A stretch of 64,000 bases of DNA from Macrostomum lignano (lineage: Eukaryota). The translations under genes and the position numbers were made by a program. This document shows, piece by piece, positions 39,289-52,928 of this stretch. The notes beneath the pieces were generated by a model. The model saw only the letters and a program-made list of their open reading frames with translations. It made no database searches and was not told the origin of the DNA. The first letter of the stretch is position 1. Each line of letters opens with the position of its first letter. The stretch is from the NCBI GenBank assembly GCA_002269645.1, contig NIVC01000125.1, positions 1 through 64,000 of the forward strand, given 5' to 3'.

Positions 39289-39977
39289 CTAGCAAAGTGG
39301 TAGAATGTCAGACTGATTTAATAGTATTTTGGTTAACTAACTTATTTAAGACTATATATAAATAATAGACGTACTCCACGTAGTCAATAGCCTAATAATG
39401 AAAAATTATTGCAACAAAAACTTCTTTTAATGGAGAAAAAATCGATTCATATTGAATTTTATTGCTTGGGAATGCTTAGTGTTCAGGTTATAAACTGTTG
39501 CAGATAAACGCATCCGTAAAAAATAATTTTGGGTTATAAATGACTAGAAAAAACATATTGGGTTGCAAGCCACAAACCAGTGTTGAATAATAAAAAAGTT
39601 AAGATTTACCACACAGATTTTTAAGGCAAATGAGCCTTCAAAAAAATCTGATAGGTTATAAAAAGCAATACCAATTAGGCGCTTATACAGTCCTATAAAA
39701 TACGATCTTTGAAGCCAATAGCTACTTCGGATAAAACGGCTGGTTGTTGCAAAAAAAGCGACACTTTTACGCTGGTGCAGGCGAGTGAAAAACCATAAGC
39801 CAAACTAGAAATCTAAAAAGTAACCATGCAAGGTGCTGAAAATTTGAATAGGAAAATATGATTTATTGTGTATTGATCAGAATAAGAGCTCAGTTGCTTG
39901 TAAATAGAAACTTATCATATGTTATTTATGACAAAAAATTATGAAAAATATAGATTTTCATATTCATGAGATTGGTC

Positions 39978-42040
39978 ACTCCTGATCCGCCCTACGAGAA
40001 TCACTCCTGATCCGCCCTACGAGAATCACTCCTGATCCGCCCTACGAGAATCACTCGTGATCCACCCTATGAGAATCACTCCCTGATCCACTCTATGAGA
40101 ATCACTCGTGATCCACCCTATGAGAATCACTCCTGATCCACTCTATGAGAATCACTCCTGATCCACCCTATGAGAATCACTCCTGATCCACTCTATGAGA
40201 ATCACTCCTGATCCACTCTATGAGAATCACTCCTGATCCACCCTATGAGAATCACTCCTGATCCACTCTATGAGAATCACTCCTGATCCACTCTATGAGA
40301 ATCACTCCTGATCCGCCCTACGAGAATCACTCCTGATCCGCACAATGAGAATCACTCCTGATCCGCCCTACGAGAATCACTCCTGATCCGCACATGAGAA
40401 TCACTCCTGATCCGCCCTACGAGAATCACTCCTGATCCGCACAATGAGAATCACTCCTGATCCACCCTATGAGAATCACTTCTAATTCGCACATGAGAAT
40501 CACTCCTGATCTACCCTATGAGAATCACTCCTGATCCACCCTATGAGAATCACTCCTGATCCACCCTATGAGAATCACTTCTAATCCGCACATGAGAATC
40601 ACTCCTGATCCACCCCATAAGAATCACTCCTGATCCGCACATGAGAATCACTCCTGATCCGCACCATGAGAATCACTCCTGATCCGCACATGAGAATCAC
40701 TCCTGATCCGCACAATGAGAATCACTCCTGATCCGCCCTACGAGAATCACTCCTGATCCGCACAATGAGAATCACTCCTGATCCGCCCTACGAGAATCAC
40801 TCCTGATCCGCACATGAGAATCACTCCTGATCCGCACCATGAGAATCACTCCTGATCCGCACATGAGAATCACTCCTGATCCGCACAATGAGAATCACTC
40901 CTGATCCGCCCTACGAGAATCACTCCTGATCCGCACAATAAGAATCACTCCTGATCCGCCCTACGAGAATCACTCCTGATCCGCACATGAGAATCACTCC
41001 TGATCCGCACATGAGAATCACTCCTGATCCGCACAATGAGAATCACTCCTGATCCGCACAATGAGAATCACTCCTGATCCGCACAATGAGAATCACTCCT
41101 GATCCGCACATGAGAATCACTCCTGATCCGCACAATGAGAATCACTCCTGATCCGCACAATGAGAATCACTCCTGATCCGCACAATGAGAATCACTCCTG
41201 ATCCGCACAATGAGAATCACTCCTGATCCGCACAATGAGAATCACTCCTGATCCGCACATGAGAATCACTCCTGATCCGCACAATGAGAATCACTCCTGA
41301 TCCGCACATGAGAATCACTCCTGATCCGCACAATGAGAATCACTCCTGATCCGCCCTACGAGAATCACTCCTGATCCGCACAATGAGAATCACTCCTGAT
41401 CCGCCCTACGAGAATCACTCCTGATCCGCACATGAGAATCACTCCTGATCCGCACATGAGAATCACTCCTGATCCGCACCATGAGAATCACTCCTGATCC
41501 GCACAATGAGAATCACTCCTGATCCGCACAATGAGAATCACTCCTGATCCGCACATGAGAATCACTCCTGATCCGCACAATGAGAATCACTCCTGATCCG
41601 CACAATGAGAATCACTCCTGATCCGCACAATGAGAATCACTCCTGATCCGCACAATGAGAATCACTCCTGATCCGCACAAAGAGAATCACTCCTGATCCG
41701 CACATGAGAATCACTCCTGATCCGCACATGAGAATCACTCCTGATCCGCACAATGAGAATCACTCCTGATCCGCACAATGAGAATCACTTCTGATCCGCA
41801 CATGAGAATCACTCCTGATCTGCACAATGAGAATCACTCCTGATCCGCACATGAGAATCACTCCTGATCCGCACATGAGAATCACTCCTGATCCGCACAT
41901 GAGAATCGCTCCTGATCCGCACATGAGAATCACTCCTAATCCGCACATGAGAATCACTCCTGATCCGCACATGAGAATCACTCCTGATCCACCCTATGAG
42001 AATCACTCCTGATCCGCACAATGAGAATTACTCCTAATCC
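39978..42040. repeat. 24/25-bp minisatellite GAGAATCACTCCTGATCCGCACA(A)T between A and B
   Basis: Directly visible. Confidence 0.97.
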
Positions 42041-42261
42041 GTCGGTGAGAATTGTTTTGTCCACAATGGCCTGTTCTTTTTCACAAAGCTCCACCTTGTT
42101 TCGAAGCTGAAACAACTAAATAAAAAAGAATGATAAACCAAATACCAGATAAACATCAACAGAGGTAAATTATAGAAACAGCCATCACGGCAACAATTGT
42201 AAAGCACTCCAATTCCGATAAAACGGTTCTGACTATTAACATTCTCGTATGTCGATGAGTT

Positions 42262-44664
42262 TCACTTCTTGTTGTCGCTCGGTTCAGCGTCACCAGCAGC
42301 GGCCGAGTCAGGCTGGTAGCCGGAGTTGTTGAAGTAACTGTACGGAGGCGGCTGAGGCTCCGGCGCCTGCGGCTGTGGCGGCACGGAGTTCGGGTAGGAG
42401 ACTGGAGGAGGCGGCGGCTGCATCGGGTACGAGCCCGAAGGCGGAGGTGGTGGCGAAGTAGCCTGCGTCGGATACGAGCCCGGAGGCGGCGGCGGATTGG
42501 CTGCGACGGTCGACACGCCGACAGGCATCTGACGCCGGCGCTCCATCATTCGAACGGCGCGCATTCGAAAAAATACGCGGAAACCGATGGCCGAGCCGGC
42601 CACCACAAGGCCGAAAACGAAGAAAGCCGGCCAGAAGCTGCTGAACCGAAGTATCCATGCGGTTGGGTTGTCGCTCGTCCGCTGTCCGATATAGACTGAG
42701 ATTAGCTGGGGATTGTAATACTTGGCCGGTCGGCCGACATTTGGAGCGGAGCACAGCTGGGCAAAGCGGGAGTCGCAGCTGGCTCGATAAAACGAGCCGC
42801 TGCGGTAGAAGACGCATTCGCAGCTGCTGGACCACGAGCAGTACGATGATGACTTCGATACCTTGGACAGCCTGCGGTGGGGTTTGGTGCGATCTCCCAG
42901 TTTGAATGTGACTATTACAGTTGCACTGATTCATATGGTGAGCTTACATGTATGCCTGTTTGCACTAAAATACAGATGGCTAAAATAACAAATCTTTGCA
43001 GGAACGGCTGTGGGCTTCCTGGCGCAATGGGCGCCCATTCTGCTGACTCCCGGGGCACATATGAGCGTAATAGCAGCAATTAGTAACATTAGTAGCTTGC
43101 TATCTGGGGGGGGTAGCTATCTAGGGATTCTTTCTATCCAGGGATGCTTGCTGTCTGAGGGACGCTTTCTATTAGGGATTCTTTCTATCCAAGGATGCTT
43201 GCTGTCTGAGGGACGCTTTCTATCTAGGGATTCTTGCTTTCTGGGGGTGTTTGCTATTTGGGAGGAATGCCTGCTATCTTTGCAAAGGCTTTATTTTGTT
43301 GTTTCGTTTTGTTGCTTTTAGAAAAAAGAGATTCATAGCAAACAATTTTGTCCGTGACAATTTTACTCCAATAAGGCGTTTTTTAAAACTGAAAACTGAA
43401 GGACTTGGTTCTTAAGAAAATGTGCTTTTTGAAAGGATTTGCATAAGTTTTGCTCCTTGCTTATTGGCCGCCCCAAAAGGGGCTTGTGTGCGAAAATTAG
43501 CCTGGGGGTTGCTGTGCGATTCACAGCCATGAGAGCCAACCCCAGGGCACAGGGGGTGTACATGCCTGACGATCGGGGCTACTGTACACCCTGTGTGAGC
43601 GTGTATATGAGTGCGTGTCTGCGTACAGTATCCACGCGTTTGTACTCTTGTGTGCTCAGGAGTTTTGGAACGATGGCGTCGAATAGGCCTGTTGGCAACA
43701 GGGTGCCCGCAGACCTCCTTCAATAGCTCAGCTTCTCATCCTCTTTACCATTTCATCTTAGTCTGATTCTATCTGTCATGTCCTACGAGTATTTAAATTG
43801 GACTCTGCACACATCAAAGACTTCTCTGTACCCGGCCATTTAAAACAATAACAGATCGAGACATTTGATGTAGTTTCCGTCACAGGAAAGCAGTGGCATA
43901 TAAAGAAACGAAACTTCTACTTATGTTTGACAGAGGTGGCTGGAGAAAAAAAACACCTACGGCATATAGAAGGACTCGCCATTGAGAAAGTACAACTTGG
44001 TACTCTTGGAGCTGTACTCCATGACGCCGACCCAGTAGGGCCTGCTATCGGCAACCAGAGCCTCCAGGGTGCCTGCGCTTGTAAAGTCGATGGCGAGGTT
44101 CGCCTGCAGCATGCGGCACAGCTCAAACGCCTGGTCGAAGGTGACCAAATCGTTCTTTGCCGGGTTTCCGTAGCAGACGGAGCCGCTGCTGCGCCATCCG
44201 TACGGGCAGTCGCCGCTAAAGATTGGCGCCACGGACAGCAGCGCCGAAGACTCCATCGAAGGCGGAGCATCGGAGACCAGACGAGCCTCGAACCAGCTGC
44301 CGGATCGAACAATAAGATGCCGACAGCCAACTGTTGACGTAGAAAAATTTGTCACCTTCAAAATCTGCGAATGGGTGGCGTTCCTGATGGTTAGCGAGTT
44401 CGATCCGTACAGCTGAAGGCTGTCAATAGCGACTGAGAAGCCGGTGCTGCTGCGGGTGGCGCTGAAGTTCAATGCGTGAACGAAGCTGGAGCAGCCGCTT
44501 GTGGCATTGACAGTCAGCTGGGCTGATGTGTGAGAGGAGATTCTCAGCTGTTGATAGCTCTGGCAGCGGGTGGCAGTCGCCGTGGCAACGATGCTGAGCG
44601 CCGTTGCCAGTAGCAACGGGAACGCGACCGGCCCGAGTAAAGAGGGTGACAGAAAATGAAGCAT
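42262..44664 (-). CDS. Paralogue B of the CUB-like/CTLD-like PPxY family, ~437 aa
   Basis: Exons 44664-43961 and 42871-42262, phase 2; exon 2 reads LSKVSKSSSYCSWSSSCECVFYRSG...FWPAFFVFGLVVAGSAIGF...QPPPYSY. Confidence 0.85.
43470..43720 (-). mobile_element. Dispersed repeat copy (inverted) in the intron of B
   Basis: Reverse complement matches 37950-38150 and 46680-46910. Confidence 0.6.
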
Positions 44665-45274
44665 TGAAAGCAAATGAAAGTATAAAAATCCGAATTTATT
44701 GATTTTTGAGCAGCCATATATCTAAGCTATGCCGAGACACATCTACTCTCGATCACCTAACTGTATCCCTGACGAAGCAAAGTCGGAAGGCATACAAAAT
44801 TACCAAAATTAACTGTGACGAATATATTTGTCTTCACACAGAGTTAGATGCAAATAGTTTTGAGAAATAGAAAAACAAACCATAAATATTGTTTGAAAAA
44901 ATTTGTCAGGTAGAAAGATTTGATTAAACAAAAATACGCTTACACAATAAGTGCGGTGAAAAATGGCAATTTAATATCACAGTTTGCGGAAGAATTCGCT
45001 GTACGTGTGTAAATGTTTTTTAAAAATTAATTTTTTTTATAAAAATGCCTGCTATCTATATATACTACTGGCCAGGCTATCTAACATATTTAAAGAGAAA
45101 TAAGGCATTTTCGCACAAAAGTAGAAAAAATACGTTGCATAAAAGGCTGTTAGACACACTCTAAATAGGACCGTTAATATGAGGCAATACGTGCGTTGCA
45201 AAAAAATCTTTTTTTTCAGCGTATAAAGTAAAAGTTCATAATATTTCATAGTTATACAATTATTTCAAAAAAAC

Positions 45275-45935
45275 CTTCGGACACTACAAGACTGACCCTT
45301 TCGGACACTGCAAGACTGACCCCTTCGGACACTACAAGACTGACCCCTTCGGACACTACAAGACTGACCATTTCGGACACTACAAGACTGACCATTTCGG
45401 ACACTACAAGACTGACCATTTCGGACACTACAAGACTGACCATTTCGGACACTACAAGACTGACCATTTCGGACACTACAAGACTGACCATTTCGGACAC
45501 TGCAAGACTGACATATTCTGACACTACAAGACTGACCCATTCGGACACTACAAGACTGATCCATTCGGACACTACAAGACTGATCCATTCGGACACTACA
45601 AGACTGATCCATTCGGACACTACAAGACTGACCCATTCGGACACTACAAGACTGATCTATTCGGACACTACAAGACTGATCCATTCGGACACTACAAGAC
45701 TGATCCATTCGGACACTACAAGACTGACCCCTTCGGACACTACAAGACTGACCCCTTCGGACACTACAAGACTGACCATTTCGGACACTACAAGACTGAC
45801 CATTTCGGACACTACAAGACTGACCCCTTCGGACACTACAAGACTGACCATTTCGGACACTACAAGACTGACCATTTCGGACACTACAAGACTGACCCCT
45901 TCGGACACTACAAGACTGACCATTTCGGACACCCG
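45275..45935. repeat. 24-bp minisatellite TTCGGACACTACAAGACTGACCNN between B and C
   Basis: Directly visible; 8-aa periodic pseudo-ORFs. Confidence 0.96.
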
Positions 45936-46049
45936 ACACTGACCTTTTCAGGCATTCAGAATAACAATAATTTTAAGAACACAGCCAATCACATCTAAAC
46001 CGCAGAAAGCCATCCAAAGATCGATGAGCACTCAACAACCGACCAAATT

Positions 46050-48214
46050 CTAAGCTTTGTCGTAGGCTGGCGGTGGATCCGAAGGCATCCTGTTGTAGGC
46101 GGGCGGTTTCGGCTCCATAGAAACGGCGCCCGGCTCGTTAGCGCCAATGCCAGGGCTGTAGGCGCCGAGGCCGTAGGATCCGGCTGGCTGGGTCGGATAG
46201 CTGCCGGGCGGCGCCGTGCAATGCGAGTTGGCTGGCGCCGGCGCCACCGGCTGAGCGGCGCCGTCAGCGGTCATGGCGTAGTTGGCGGCAACAGGGGCAC
46301 CAGACCGGGAATTGGCAACGGCTCGGCGGTACCAGAGGTATCGAATGCCAAAGCCGATCCCAGTTAAAGCGGCTGCAACAGCCAGCCCAATAATCCAGTA
46401 GTAGTTGAACGTGAAGCTGGCATCGCCGATTCCCAGGCTTTTGTCCAGCGTGCTCAAATTGTAGAATTTCGCATCCCCGCCGGGCCGGCTGCTGCACAGG
46501 TAGCGCAGCATCTGAGCGCAATAATTCCGATAGAACGAGCCCGCGCTAAAGTACACACAGCGGCAGTTCCCGCCAAAGCAGGTGTACGTACTCGAACCCT
46601 TGAACGTTATGGAGCTGCTGGATCTGAAATTATTGGGTTTGCAGGATGGTGTGAGCTGCAATATGGAAGATTATTCGCTGCGGGCCACCCTGGTGCAACG
46701 CCTTCCTTCGGAGACATCGTCTTATCAGCCAGCGCTGACGGCGATTCTGCCCGTTCCGCTGACTCCTGAGCACAAAACAAGCGCACCAATACTGAACGCA
46801 GCCACGCACTCACACACGCGCTTCCACAGGGTGTACAATAGCCCTGACTTCCCAATCGTCAGGCATGAACACTCTCTGTGCCTTGGGGATTGAACCTCAT
46901 GACTGTGAATCGTATTTTCACGCACAAGCACTTGCAACACAAAACGCCCAGTAGACGTCACTAAACTCCGGATAAAAACCTGCTGGTTTGTAGCACAGAA
47001 GCTGAAGCAACCCATCCATTGTAGAAGCTGTCACTATCCAGGAAAAACAGAAGCTGAAGCAACCCACCCATTGTAGAAGCTGTCACTATCCAGGAAAAAC
47101 AGAAGCTGAAGCAACCCACCCATTGTAGAAGCTGTCACTATCCAGGAAAAACAGAAGCTGAAGCAACCCACCCATAGTAGAAGCTGTCACTATCCAGGAA
47201 AAACAGAAGCTGAAGCAACCCACCCATAGTAGAAGCTGTCACTATCCAGGAAAAACAGAAGCTGAAGCAACCCACCCATAGTAGAAGCTGTCACTATCCA
47301 GGAAAAACAGAAGCTGAAGCAACCCACCCATAGTAGAAGCTGTCACTATCCAGGAAAAACAGAAGCTGAAGCAACCCACCCATAGTAGAAGCTGTCACTA
47401 TCCAGGAAAAACAGAAGCTGAAGCAACCCACCCATAGTAGAAGCTGTCACTATCCAGGAAAAACAGAAGCTGAAGCAACCCACCCATAGTAGAAGCTGTC
47501 ACTATCCAGGAAAAACACGCCTTTGGAGGTGTCGGCCACACCAACCCAGGTATCTTGACCTGTCGGCCAGGTCGTCGTGCTGGCCAGACCCAGTACGTCG
47601 GCTGTTGAAGAGACAAAGCCCAGCGCCAAATTGGCGCGCACGTAACGGCAACCAACGGCAGCGTTGGTGAAAGTGGCCCGCGAGTTATTTGGATGCGCGG
47701 CGCCGTAGCAGAGACCGTCTCTGTACAACCAGCCAGCCGGACAGGCGCCAGTCTTGACCAGTTCAACGTCCAGCACGATGCTGTCGGGGTAATAAGAAAA
47801 CGAAGAAGATAACGCACGGGTGAAAAGCTTAACGTAAAATTTGTTGCTAGGGGTGGCAAATGCCCGATAGTCAGTTTGATTATCCGTGGTAACCAAGGCC
47901 AACGGAGCCGAGCCGAACTCGGGCCCGATGCTGAATACGGACAAGCGTTTAGACAGGCTGCTGCTGAGGCGCACGTAAAAGTACATCCCGCCGACGCCGT
48001 GGAACTCGGCGTGGCAATAGCTAATGTTGACCAGGTTCAGCTCCACGCTAAATCTGGTGGTGCCGTTGTAGGCTGAAGAGTTGATGCTCACTATGGCCGG
48101 TCTGCCTGTTCTGTGGGTGCAGCCGTAGCGGTCAACAGCCTGGCTGAGCAATGGAACGGCTAGGAGCAGCGAGGACAAAACAAAAATAAGAAACTGCAGC
48201 TGCCGGTGACACAT
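46050..48214 (-). CDS. Paralogue C of the family, ~434 aa
   Basis: Exons 48214-47484 and 46623-46050, phase 2; CPAGW..CYG, TWVG, CRCVYF, YLCS, TM, PPAY x2. Confidence 0.85.
46680..46910 (+). mobile_element. Dispersed repeat copy in the intron of C
   Basis: Matches 37905-38110; a further partial copy at 48270-48390. Confidence 0.6.
46996..47515. repeat. 52-bp tandem repeat x10 spanning the exon-1 donor of C
   Basis: CAGAAGCTGAAGCAACCC at 46996, 47048 ... 47464. Confidence 0.96.
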
Positions 48215-48644
48215 CGCGCTGTTCAGGCATGCATCGAATGAGTTGGTTGGCTTGGGGTTTCAGAAATCCATCACACACTCAAACACACGCTCACACAGGG
48301 TGCACACAGTGGCCCGGACTTTCTGATCGTCAGGCATGTGCACTCTCTGTGCCTTGGAGGTTGAACCTCATGACTGGGAATCCCACAATCCTATATATCC
48401 TAGTATCAGCAAAGTATAAAAATAGCAAATAGACAAGTTGTAATGCAAAAGCATTAAGTTATTTTTCCCATTTTATTGATAGACGATAAATATGTCTTTG
48501 TAGAAATGATATTCAGGATATCAGCAGTGCAGGCTCTCATCAAAATGCTATTGAGAAAAAAAGCAAAGCGATTGACGAGGCCTAATTATTAAAATTTAAC
48601 GGATTGTATAAAGCATATAAACTGTATGTCATGTGAGAAGGTGC

Positions 48645-49272
48645 AAACAGGTGAGAGGATATAACAGGTGAGAGGATAGAACAGGTGAGAGGATAGAACA
48701 GGTGAGAGGATAGAACAGGTGAGAGGGTACAACAGGTGAGAGGGTAGAACAGGTGAGAGGGTAGAACAGGTGAGAGGATAGAACAGGTGAGAGGATAGAA
48801 CAGGTGAGAGGATAGAACAGGTGAGAGGGTACAACAGGTGAGAGGGTAGAACAGGTGAGAGGGTAGAACAGGTGAGATGATAAGACAGGTGAGAGGGTAG
48901 AACAGGTGAGATGATAAGACAGGTGAGAGGGTAGAACAGGTGAGAGGATAAAACAGGTGAGAGGATAGAACAGGTGAGAGGATATAACAGGTGAGAGGAT
49001 AGAACAGGTGAGAGGATATAACAGGTGAGAGGGTAGAACAGGTGAGAGGATATAACAGGTGAGAGGATAGAACAGGTGAGAGGATAGAACAGGTGAGAGG
49101 ATAGAACAGGTGAGAGGATAGAACAGGTGAGAGGATATAACAGGTGAGATGATAGGATAGGTGAGATGATAGGACAGGTGAGATGATAGGACAGGTGAGA
49201 TGATAGGACAGGTGAGATGATAGGACAGGTGAGATGATAGGACAGGTGAGATGATAGAACAGGTGAGATGCA
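48645..49272. repeat. 17-bp minisatellite GAACAGGTGAGAGGATA between C and D
   Basis: Directly visible. Confidence 0.95.
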
Positions 49273-49829
49273 GGAGTGAGAGAAATACCCGGGCTACGTA
49301 ATAAGAGAGAACCAGAGATCACTACATAAAATTATACAAATCAACAATTAATATGAAAAAACTGCAAATATTTTTGTAGACGAAAATAAAAACAAGAATG
49401 GCGGCTAACTAAGATATAAAAGGCACAAGACAAAGAGTTAAGATTTTTGTTTGCCAGAAAAATACACAATGGAATACTTAAAACATTTGATCAAGTTCAG
49501 TTAAATATAAAAGCTACTTCCAGATCGAAGACAGCAGAGAAAGTTGACACGGGTGTTAATGCTATGAAGCAATAAACCATAGCAGAGCTGTTGGCTATCT
49601 ACTGTCTTAAGAATGAGCATTGAGGGATTAAAAAGTAAATAGAAAAATAAAGATTTCGTATTTGATTAGGGAAAATATAACAATGCAATGCTTGATAATC
49701 TACACGTGTCCAGCCTCATGGACTGATTAGTTACAGCATGTTAATCTACCATCTACCTAACTTTATCGACTTGCTTTGTTGTATTATACACGTCGTACCT
49801 ATCAATATCATCTAGCCTCTTTTTCTGTC

Positions 49830-50245
49830 TACCAATCTGTCTACCGATCTATCAATCTGTCTACCTGTCTGTCTAACTAGCTGTCTACCTGTCTACTACC
49901 AACCTGTCTACTTATCTGTCTACCTATCTGTCTACTAATATGTCTACCAATATGTCTACCTACATGTCTACCTGTCTACTAATCTGTCTACCTGTCTACT
50001 AATCTGTCTACCTGTCTACTAATCTGTCTACCTAACTGTCTACCAATCTGTCTACCTACCTGTCTACCTGTCTACCTATCGGTCTACCTATCTGTCTACC
50101 TATCTGTCTCCCTGTCTACTTATCGGTCTACTTATCTGTCTAACTATCTACCAATCTCCTATCTACCAATCTCCTATCTACCAATCTCCTATCTACCAAT
50201 CTTCTACCAATCTCCTATCTACCAATCTCCTATCTACCAACTTCC
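49830..50245. repeat. Degenerate TCTACC/TGTC simple repeat ending in 15-bp CTACCAATCTCCTAT units
   Basis: Directly visible, just 3' of the stop of D. Confidence 0.85.
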
Positions 50246-50298
50246 TACCTGCCCAACTGGCTATCATAGGCAGAGGCAGTGCATTCAGGCCAGCCAAG

Positions 50299-52057
50299 TC
50301 AGTCGAATTTCTGCACTCCTTTCCAATTAGCTGCCTGCTGGAAGTGCCCAGCGCCGTAAATCTCCTCAGGGGTAGGAGCCGAAGGAACGGCAGCCCCGGT
50401 GGACACAGCTTCGTTGTAGCTCGGCGGTTGCTCGTCGCAGTTGCCACCGTAATTGTATGACGGCGGCGCCAGCGGCTCCGGGTACAAGCTGTTGGAAATG
50501 ACATCCGTTGTCGAGAAGCGTGGGCCATTGGCGGCGGAAATGGACCGCCGGATGGTCAGTTTCTGCTTGATCTTCGTGCCGACAGCCACCGACATAACGA
50601 AAACAAAAATGACTGCAAACACGACACCGACAATCCAGGCCCGACTGGTCTTGTCCTCATCCTCAGAGAACAGCGAATAGAATTTGGAATCTCCGCCAAC
50701 GGCGCAGCTGCATAGGTAGCTTTGCTTAGTTGAGCAGCTCTGCCGGTGGAATAAAGCAGTGCTCAGCTCTGTGTAGTGCACGCAACGACACTTGGACGAG
50801 TCACTGGTGCAGGACTTCTTAACGCTGGAGCTGCAAAGGTTAGAGCGGATTTTGTTAGAATAGGGGTCCAGGTGGCTATCAGAGGTTTACGGTGGATATC
50901 AGCATGTCACACCGGTTGGATATCAGCATGTCACACCGGTTGGATATCAGCATGTCACACCGGTTGGATATCAGCATGTCACACCGGTTGGATATCAGCA
51001 TGTCACACCGGTTGGATATCAGCATGGCACACCGGTTGGATATCAGCATGGCACACTAGTGTACATCAGCATGACACACTAGTGTACATCAGCATGGCAC
51101 ACAAGTGTACATCAGCATGGCACACTAGTGTACATCAGCATGGCACACTAGTGTACATCAGCATGGCGCACTAGTGTACATCAGCATGTCACACTAGTGT
51201 ACATCAGCATGGCACACTAGTGTACATCAGCATGGCACACTAGTGTACATCAGCATGGCACACTAGTGTACATCAGCATGGCACACTAGTGTACATCAGC
51301 ATGGCACACTAGTGTACATCAGCACGGCAGTGAAGCCACCAGCTTACCTGATAAATATGGTATTGTTCAAGAAGTACACAGCCTCGGGTTTGCTCTTCCA
51401 GGCGGCGCCAACCCAGACAGGCCGGCCGTCAGTCCAGCCGGCAAGTTGCAGAGCAGCGCCCAGAGTCCTGGTGACGTCAGCGAATCCCATAGCCAGATTG
51501 GCTTGCACGTAACGACACGCGACAATGGCGGTGGAAAAGCTAGCAGCTGTGCTGTTCAATGAGGCGGGGCCGTAGCACCTGCCCGAGTGGAGAACCCATC
51601 CGTCCGGGCACGCGGTGACCAGGTGCACATTCAGCAGGACGCTGTCAACGGTGGACCGGCTGGAGAACAGTCTGCTCAGCGAGGCGTACAGCCGGTTGGA
51701 CTTTGTTGCGAACGATTGGTAACGAGACTGACTGCTGGAGGAAATCGTGGCGACCCTGGATCCCGGATAGTCGGATTGGATCCTTAGTCGAGAGTAGCGA
51801 GACTCCATGGTGCTGGCTAGGCTAACGTAGAAATAGCCGCTAGAACTGGCGGAGCTCACAAGCAGAATGTGGCACAGACTGTCCGTGCTGTCTATGCTAA
51901 GTCTGACGCTAAACCGCGAAGAGTTCACTGCCACAACAGTCGGTGTGGAGTTGGTCGTGCAGTTAAATGTCTGGCCCGACGCGACGGCGGCGGCAGCCAG
52001 AATTGAAGCCGATGCTAAAAGTGCAGGCACAGCTTTGATGGCGGAGTTCGGCGACAT
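50299..52057 (-). CDS. Paralogue D of the family, ~413 aa
   Basis: Exons 52057-51348 and 50830-50299, phase 2; CPDGW..CYG, VWVG, CRCVHY, YLCS, TM WIVGVVFAVIFVFVMSVAV, PPSY x2. Confidence 0.85.
50894..51323. repeat. 24-bp then 23-bp related minisatellite in the intron of D
   Basis: GGATATCAGCATGTCACACCGGTT switches to GTGTACATCAGCATGGCACACTA near 51055. Confidence 0.95.
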
Positions 52058-52179
52058 TGCGCATTAGTCAGGCATAAATTAAGAAACCGGTTGCAGGTAG
52101 ATTCAGTAATTACTGAAATTAGGCAGTATCATTGACAGCTTCTGATCGAAAACTCTAGCTAGGTTACAGGGTGACCGCA

Positions 52180-52928
52180 ACTGGGTCTGTAGCTGGGTCT
52201 GCAACTGGGTCTGCAACTGGGTCTGCAACTGGGTCTGCAATTCTGGGTCTGCAATTCTGGGTCTGCAACTGGGTCTGTAGCTGGGTCTGCAACTGGGTCT
52301 GCAATTCTGGGTCTGCAACTGGGTCTGTAGCTGGGTCTGCAACTGGGTCTGCAATTCTGGGTCTGCAACTGGGTCTGTAGCTGGGTCTGCAACTGGGTCT
52401 GCAATTCTGGGTCTGCAACTGGGTCTGTAGCTGGGTCTGCAACTGGGTCTGCAATTCTGGGTCTGCAATTCTGGGTCTGCAACTGGGTCTGTAGCTGGGT
52501 CTGCAACTGGGTCTGCAATTCTGGGTCTGCAACTGGGTCTGTAGCTGGGTCTGCAGCTGGGTCTGTAAGCTGGGTCTGTAGCTGGGTCTGCAACTGGGTC
52601 TGCAACTGGGTCTGTAGCTGGGTCTGCAACTGGGTCTGTAGCTGGGTCTGCAATTCTGGGTCTGCAACTGGGTCTGCAACTGGGACTGCAACTGGGTCTG
52701 TAGCTGGGTCTGCAACTGGGTCTGTAGCTGGGTCTGCAACTGGGTCTGTAGCTAGGTCTGCAACTGGGTCTGTAGCTGGGTCTGCAACTGGGTCTGCAAC
52801 TGGGTCTGTAGCTAGGTCTGCAACTGGGTCTGTAGCTGGGTCTGCAACTGGGTCTGCAACTGGGTCTGTAGCTAGGTCTGCAACTGGGTCTGTAGCTGGG
52901 TCTGCAACTGGGTCTGCAACTGGGTCTT
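52180..52928. repeat. 12/14-bp minisatellite CTGGGTCTGCAA/CTGGGTCTGTAG
   Basis: Directly visible. Confidence 0.95.
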
